Source: a virus
Taxonomy: Duplodnaviria; Caudoviricetes
Strand: one strand, 5' to 3'
Length of the DNA stretch: 64,000 bases
Virus record (IMG/VR): IMGVR_UViG_3300028048_000040
Coordinates: 64,001-128,000 of that record
Position 1 is the stretch's first letter. The number at the start of each line of letters is the position of its first letter. The position numbers and the translations under genes are program-made. Of the stretch, positions 61,253 through 64,000 are shown piece by piece. The notes beneath the pieces are model-generated. The model searched no databases. It saw nothing but the letters and a program-made list of their open reading frames with translations, and was not told where the DNA came from.

Positions 61253-61724
61253 TTACCTTTCCTTTCTCTAGATAGGTCAATCTATCTAGGTATTTCTTCT
61301 ATATCTCTCATAGATATAATATACAAATAAAAAAGAAAAGGTATACCAGTAGAGGATTATCCTCTACTGGTATTTTAACTGTACCTCTCTCTCACTCACC
61401 CTCAATAGAATAATATATCTCTATTTTTTAGTTTACTTATATAAAAAATAGATAGGGTGGACAAATCCCTATCTATTTTATAAAGTGGAAGTCTTTAGGG
61501 TAATATAAGAGAAAAATATCGGGAAGTATATTCCTCCCTCAGACTACCTCAATAGAATAGTATATAACTGAAATTTTGAACACTCTTCAAAAATATCATT
61601 TTATCTATTCCTTCCTCAGACTCATACTCATAGGAATGGTATATAACTAAAAAATTTTTTACTTTGCAAAAACTAGGTAGATCACATTAGAATAATCAGG
61701 AACTATTTAAGGAGGAGAAACTAA

Positions 61725-64000
61725 ATGGCTTTAATGATTGATGAACTTCATCCTCTGAAGTTATACTCTGGTAATTATTTCTATAATATCCAGAAAGAAG
61801 ATAGAAAGAAAGGATCATTAGTGTATCTAATGACTCCTAATAAACAATCTTCTATCAATGTAATAAATCATAAGTTAGGAAAGAGAAATCTTATTCTATT
61901 CCAATCTTATTTCTTAGATAGAAATATAGATTTCATTATAAATGGTAATCTAAGTGAAAGTAAGACTTACAATATCAATGATGAAGAAGTTATACCAGAA
62001 ATAGGTATAACTGAATCTCTTATGATAGATAATAGAGATGAGATATCCTTAACAGAGAATGCTCTTATATATAATGGAGAAGATTATAAAGAAAGAATAT
62101 TATTTCCAGATGATGTAGATGATATATTATCTGAAGCATCTCAGTATAAGACTAAATATGGTTCTTATAATCTTACTGCTATATTTAAGAATATGCTATA
62201 TAAGCATAGACTTAAAACAAATAAGGATGTACTAAAAATCTATGATGAAATTAAAAAATCTTGTGATCTTATAAAATTTACTTATGTAGATCCAAGATTA
62301 TATAAAGGAAGAAATCTATTCTATGATTGGTCTTATTATACAGAGATATTCTTCAAAGAGAATTCTAAGTTCCAACAAGAAAGAGGATTAGATGTATTCT
62401 TCAGTTTTATGGATAGATTTATAACTGATAGAAGATTCCCAGATTATAATATTAAGACTATAGTTATACCAGTAAATGATTGGTGTAGAGGATTAGAAGA
62501 TCCATATGATTTTAAGAAGAATATAAATCCAATCTCTCTATTCTTTAGAAGATTTAGAATGAACTTTACTCAATTTGATAATTGGAATAACCATAATATT
62601 CTCTTCTTAGGAACTAATGGATTCTTTACTATGAAATTAGATTCCTTTGATCCTAATAAGAATCTTTCTAGATTTAAGATGTGTTGTGATAAGCTTATTA
62701 GGGAAGATTATAGCGATGCGGAGGTTATTGATACTGATTCTAAGACTATGATGATGAGCTTTATTGCAGATAGATTAGCTCAAGGTGGTATAGAATTAGA
62801 CAATATATCTGGTGCTACTAAGCATTTCTCTAGAGAAGAGATTAAAGATATGGGAACAATGAAGAATCCTACTCTAGAGAAAGATAAGTCTATTAAGAAA
62901 GCTATCTTAGTACAGAAACTAGAAAAGATAGTAAATCAATCTAAAGATGCTAATGAAGTTCTTAAAAGATTTGAAGATAATGATGATAGTGAAGAGAATG
63001 AGCAATTAAAAGAACTATTGTTAGATATCCAATCTGATGATGGTGTTAAGATGAATCAGGCTAGAACTGATAGAATGCAGTTGACTAGAAAAGAGTTACT
63101 AAAGAAACAGATCAATGGCAAATCTGTAGCAGATCTTATGGATCAATTCTCTAAGAATTATGATCTTAAAGAAGCAGGAGTAGAGATAGATTCTATTGAT
63201 GAAACTTGGAAACATCTTAAGTTCCCCTCTTTCTATTCTTCTTACACTAAAGAAGATATGGAAGCAGATATAGTTGCTGTATTTAAACACTATACAACTG
63301 TAACCCATCCAATGAATATCTTAGATATCAATGTAGAGAATACTTCTACTGCTGAAGATTATGTAAATACTTGGACTGTTAAGTATGAAGATGCTGAAAC
63401 AGGCAAAAGATATACAATGGTAGTAGATATGCCTAGATTGATTGATAATCGTTTCATGATGTTAAGAGGTAATGAGAAAGTATTGATTTCTCAGTTTATG
63501 CTTATGCCTATTATCAAAACATCTGAAACTGAATGTCAGATGGTATCTAACTACAACAAGATATTCATCAGAAGAAAATCACCAACAGGTAATGGTAAAT
63601 CTACAGTTATCATTAATAAGCTTATGAGAGCTTTACTAAAGTACGATGGCAAAGATTTCAAAGTAAATACTGGTGATAATAGAAAAGTAGCATCTAGATA
63701 TGAATTACCAATAGACTTCATTGATATGACTACCACATTTGATTCCATTCAATTTAAAGATGGTTCTTATATTTCTTTCAATATGAAAACTCTATCAGAG
63801 ATTCCTATAGATAAGAAATTCTTAACTAAGGATGATGCTAAACTTACTGAAGAAGAATTGAATAGAAAGTATTTAGCAATCTATGTAAATAAAGATGGTA
63901 AGAGAGAGCCTATCTTTAATGATGGTTGTGATAAGTTTATTTTAGATAAGATAGAAGAATATGATACTTCTAAGAGATTCAAAGAGCTATATGATGTATC
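61725..64000 (+). CDS. Phage multisubunit RNA polymerase beta-like subunit with a long N-terminal extension, truncated by the window end
   Basis: ATG at 61725 with AGGAGG; in-frame DMPRLIDNRFMMLRGNEKVLISQFMLMP at about 63426 resembles the RpoB N-terminal P.MT..GTF.ING.ERV.VSQL.RSP region. Confidence 0.7.
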   Translation, partial: MALMIDELHPLKLYSGNYFYNIQKEDRKKGSLVYLMTPNKQSSINVINHKLGKRNLILFQSYFLDRNIDFIINGNLSESKTYNINDEEVIPEIGITESLMIDNRDEISLTENALIYNGEDYKERILFPDDVDDILSEASQYKTKYGSYNLTAIFKNMLYKHRLKTNKDVLKIYDEIKKSCDLIKFTYVDPRLYKGRNLFYDWSYYTEIFFKENSKFQQERGLDVFFSFMDRFITDRRFPDYNIKTIVIPVNDWCRGLEDPYDFKKNINPISLFFRRFRMNFTQFDNWNNHNILFLGTNGFFTMKLDSFDPNKNLSRFKMCCDKLIREDYSDAEVIDTDSKTMMMSFIADRLAQGGIELDNISGATKHFSREEIKDMGTMKNPTLEKDKSIKKAILVQKLEKIVNQSKDANEVLKRFEDNDDSEENEQLKELLLDIQSDDGVKMNQARTDRMQLTRKELLKKQINGKSVADLMDQFSKNYDLKEAGVEIDSIDETWKHLKFPSFYSSYTKEDMEADIVAVFKHYTTVTHPMNILDINVENTSTAEDYVNTWTVKYEDAETGKRYTMVVDMPRLIDNRFMMLRGNEKVLISQFMLMPIIKTSETECQMVSNYNKIFIRRKSPTGNGKSTVIINKLMRALLKYDGKDFKVNTGDNRKVASRYELPIDFIDMTTTFDSIQFKDGSYISFNMKTLSEIPIDKKFLTKDDAKLTEEELNRKYLAIYVNKDGKREPIFNDGCDKFILDKIEEYDTSKRFKELYDV

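Noticed and set aside
1-64000. Stop-codon recoding or uracil-substituted DNA
   Set aside because: Coding density is high under the standard code, and an intact dUTPase argues against uracil DNA.

Overview
AT-rich segment of a jumbo (myovirus-like) phage genome, probably from the phiKZ/AR9-type group that encodes its own multisubunit RNA polymerase. The host is likely a diderm Firmicute (Negativicutes), inferred from a porin-like gene and the amidase. 1-26 kb (mostly minus strand) holds dUTPase, tRNA-Arg(UCU), a DHH phosphoesterase, GyrB interrupted by an ORF-less group I intron, RecD-like and DnaB-like helicases, SbcD, XpaC-TelA, a PD-(D/E)XK nuclease and small early genes. 26-55.5 kb (mostly plus strand) holds virion, LamG and tail-fibre genes, PhoH, a complete iron-siderophore ABC importer with a porin, and an amidase. 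55.5-61.7 kb holds minus-strand accessory genes, and the window ends in a truncated RNAP beta-like gene. Two phage promoter motifs recur: TATATACTAT/TATATTAT (early-type) and AC(A/T)-N5-(A/T)TAA (late-type). The top candidate for a new system is three terminator-insulated paralogous lectin-like genes, each preceded by a 34-42 bp palindrome whose central dinucleotide (CA or TG) sets which strand carries the late-promoter motif. This would be a 2-bp inversion ON/OFF switch, with one gene ON and two OFF here. Other candidates are a conserved start-codon-sequestering 5' UTR on three unrelated genes and several promoter-driven structured ncRNAs. Family assignments come from motif recognition by eye, not database searches.
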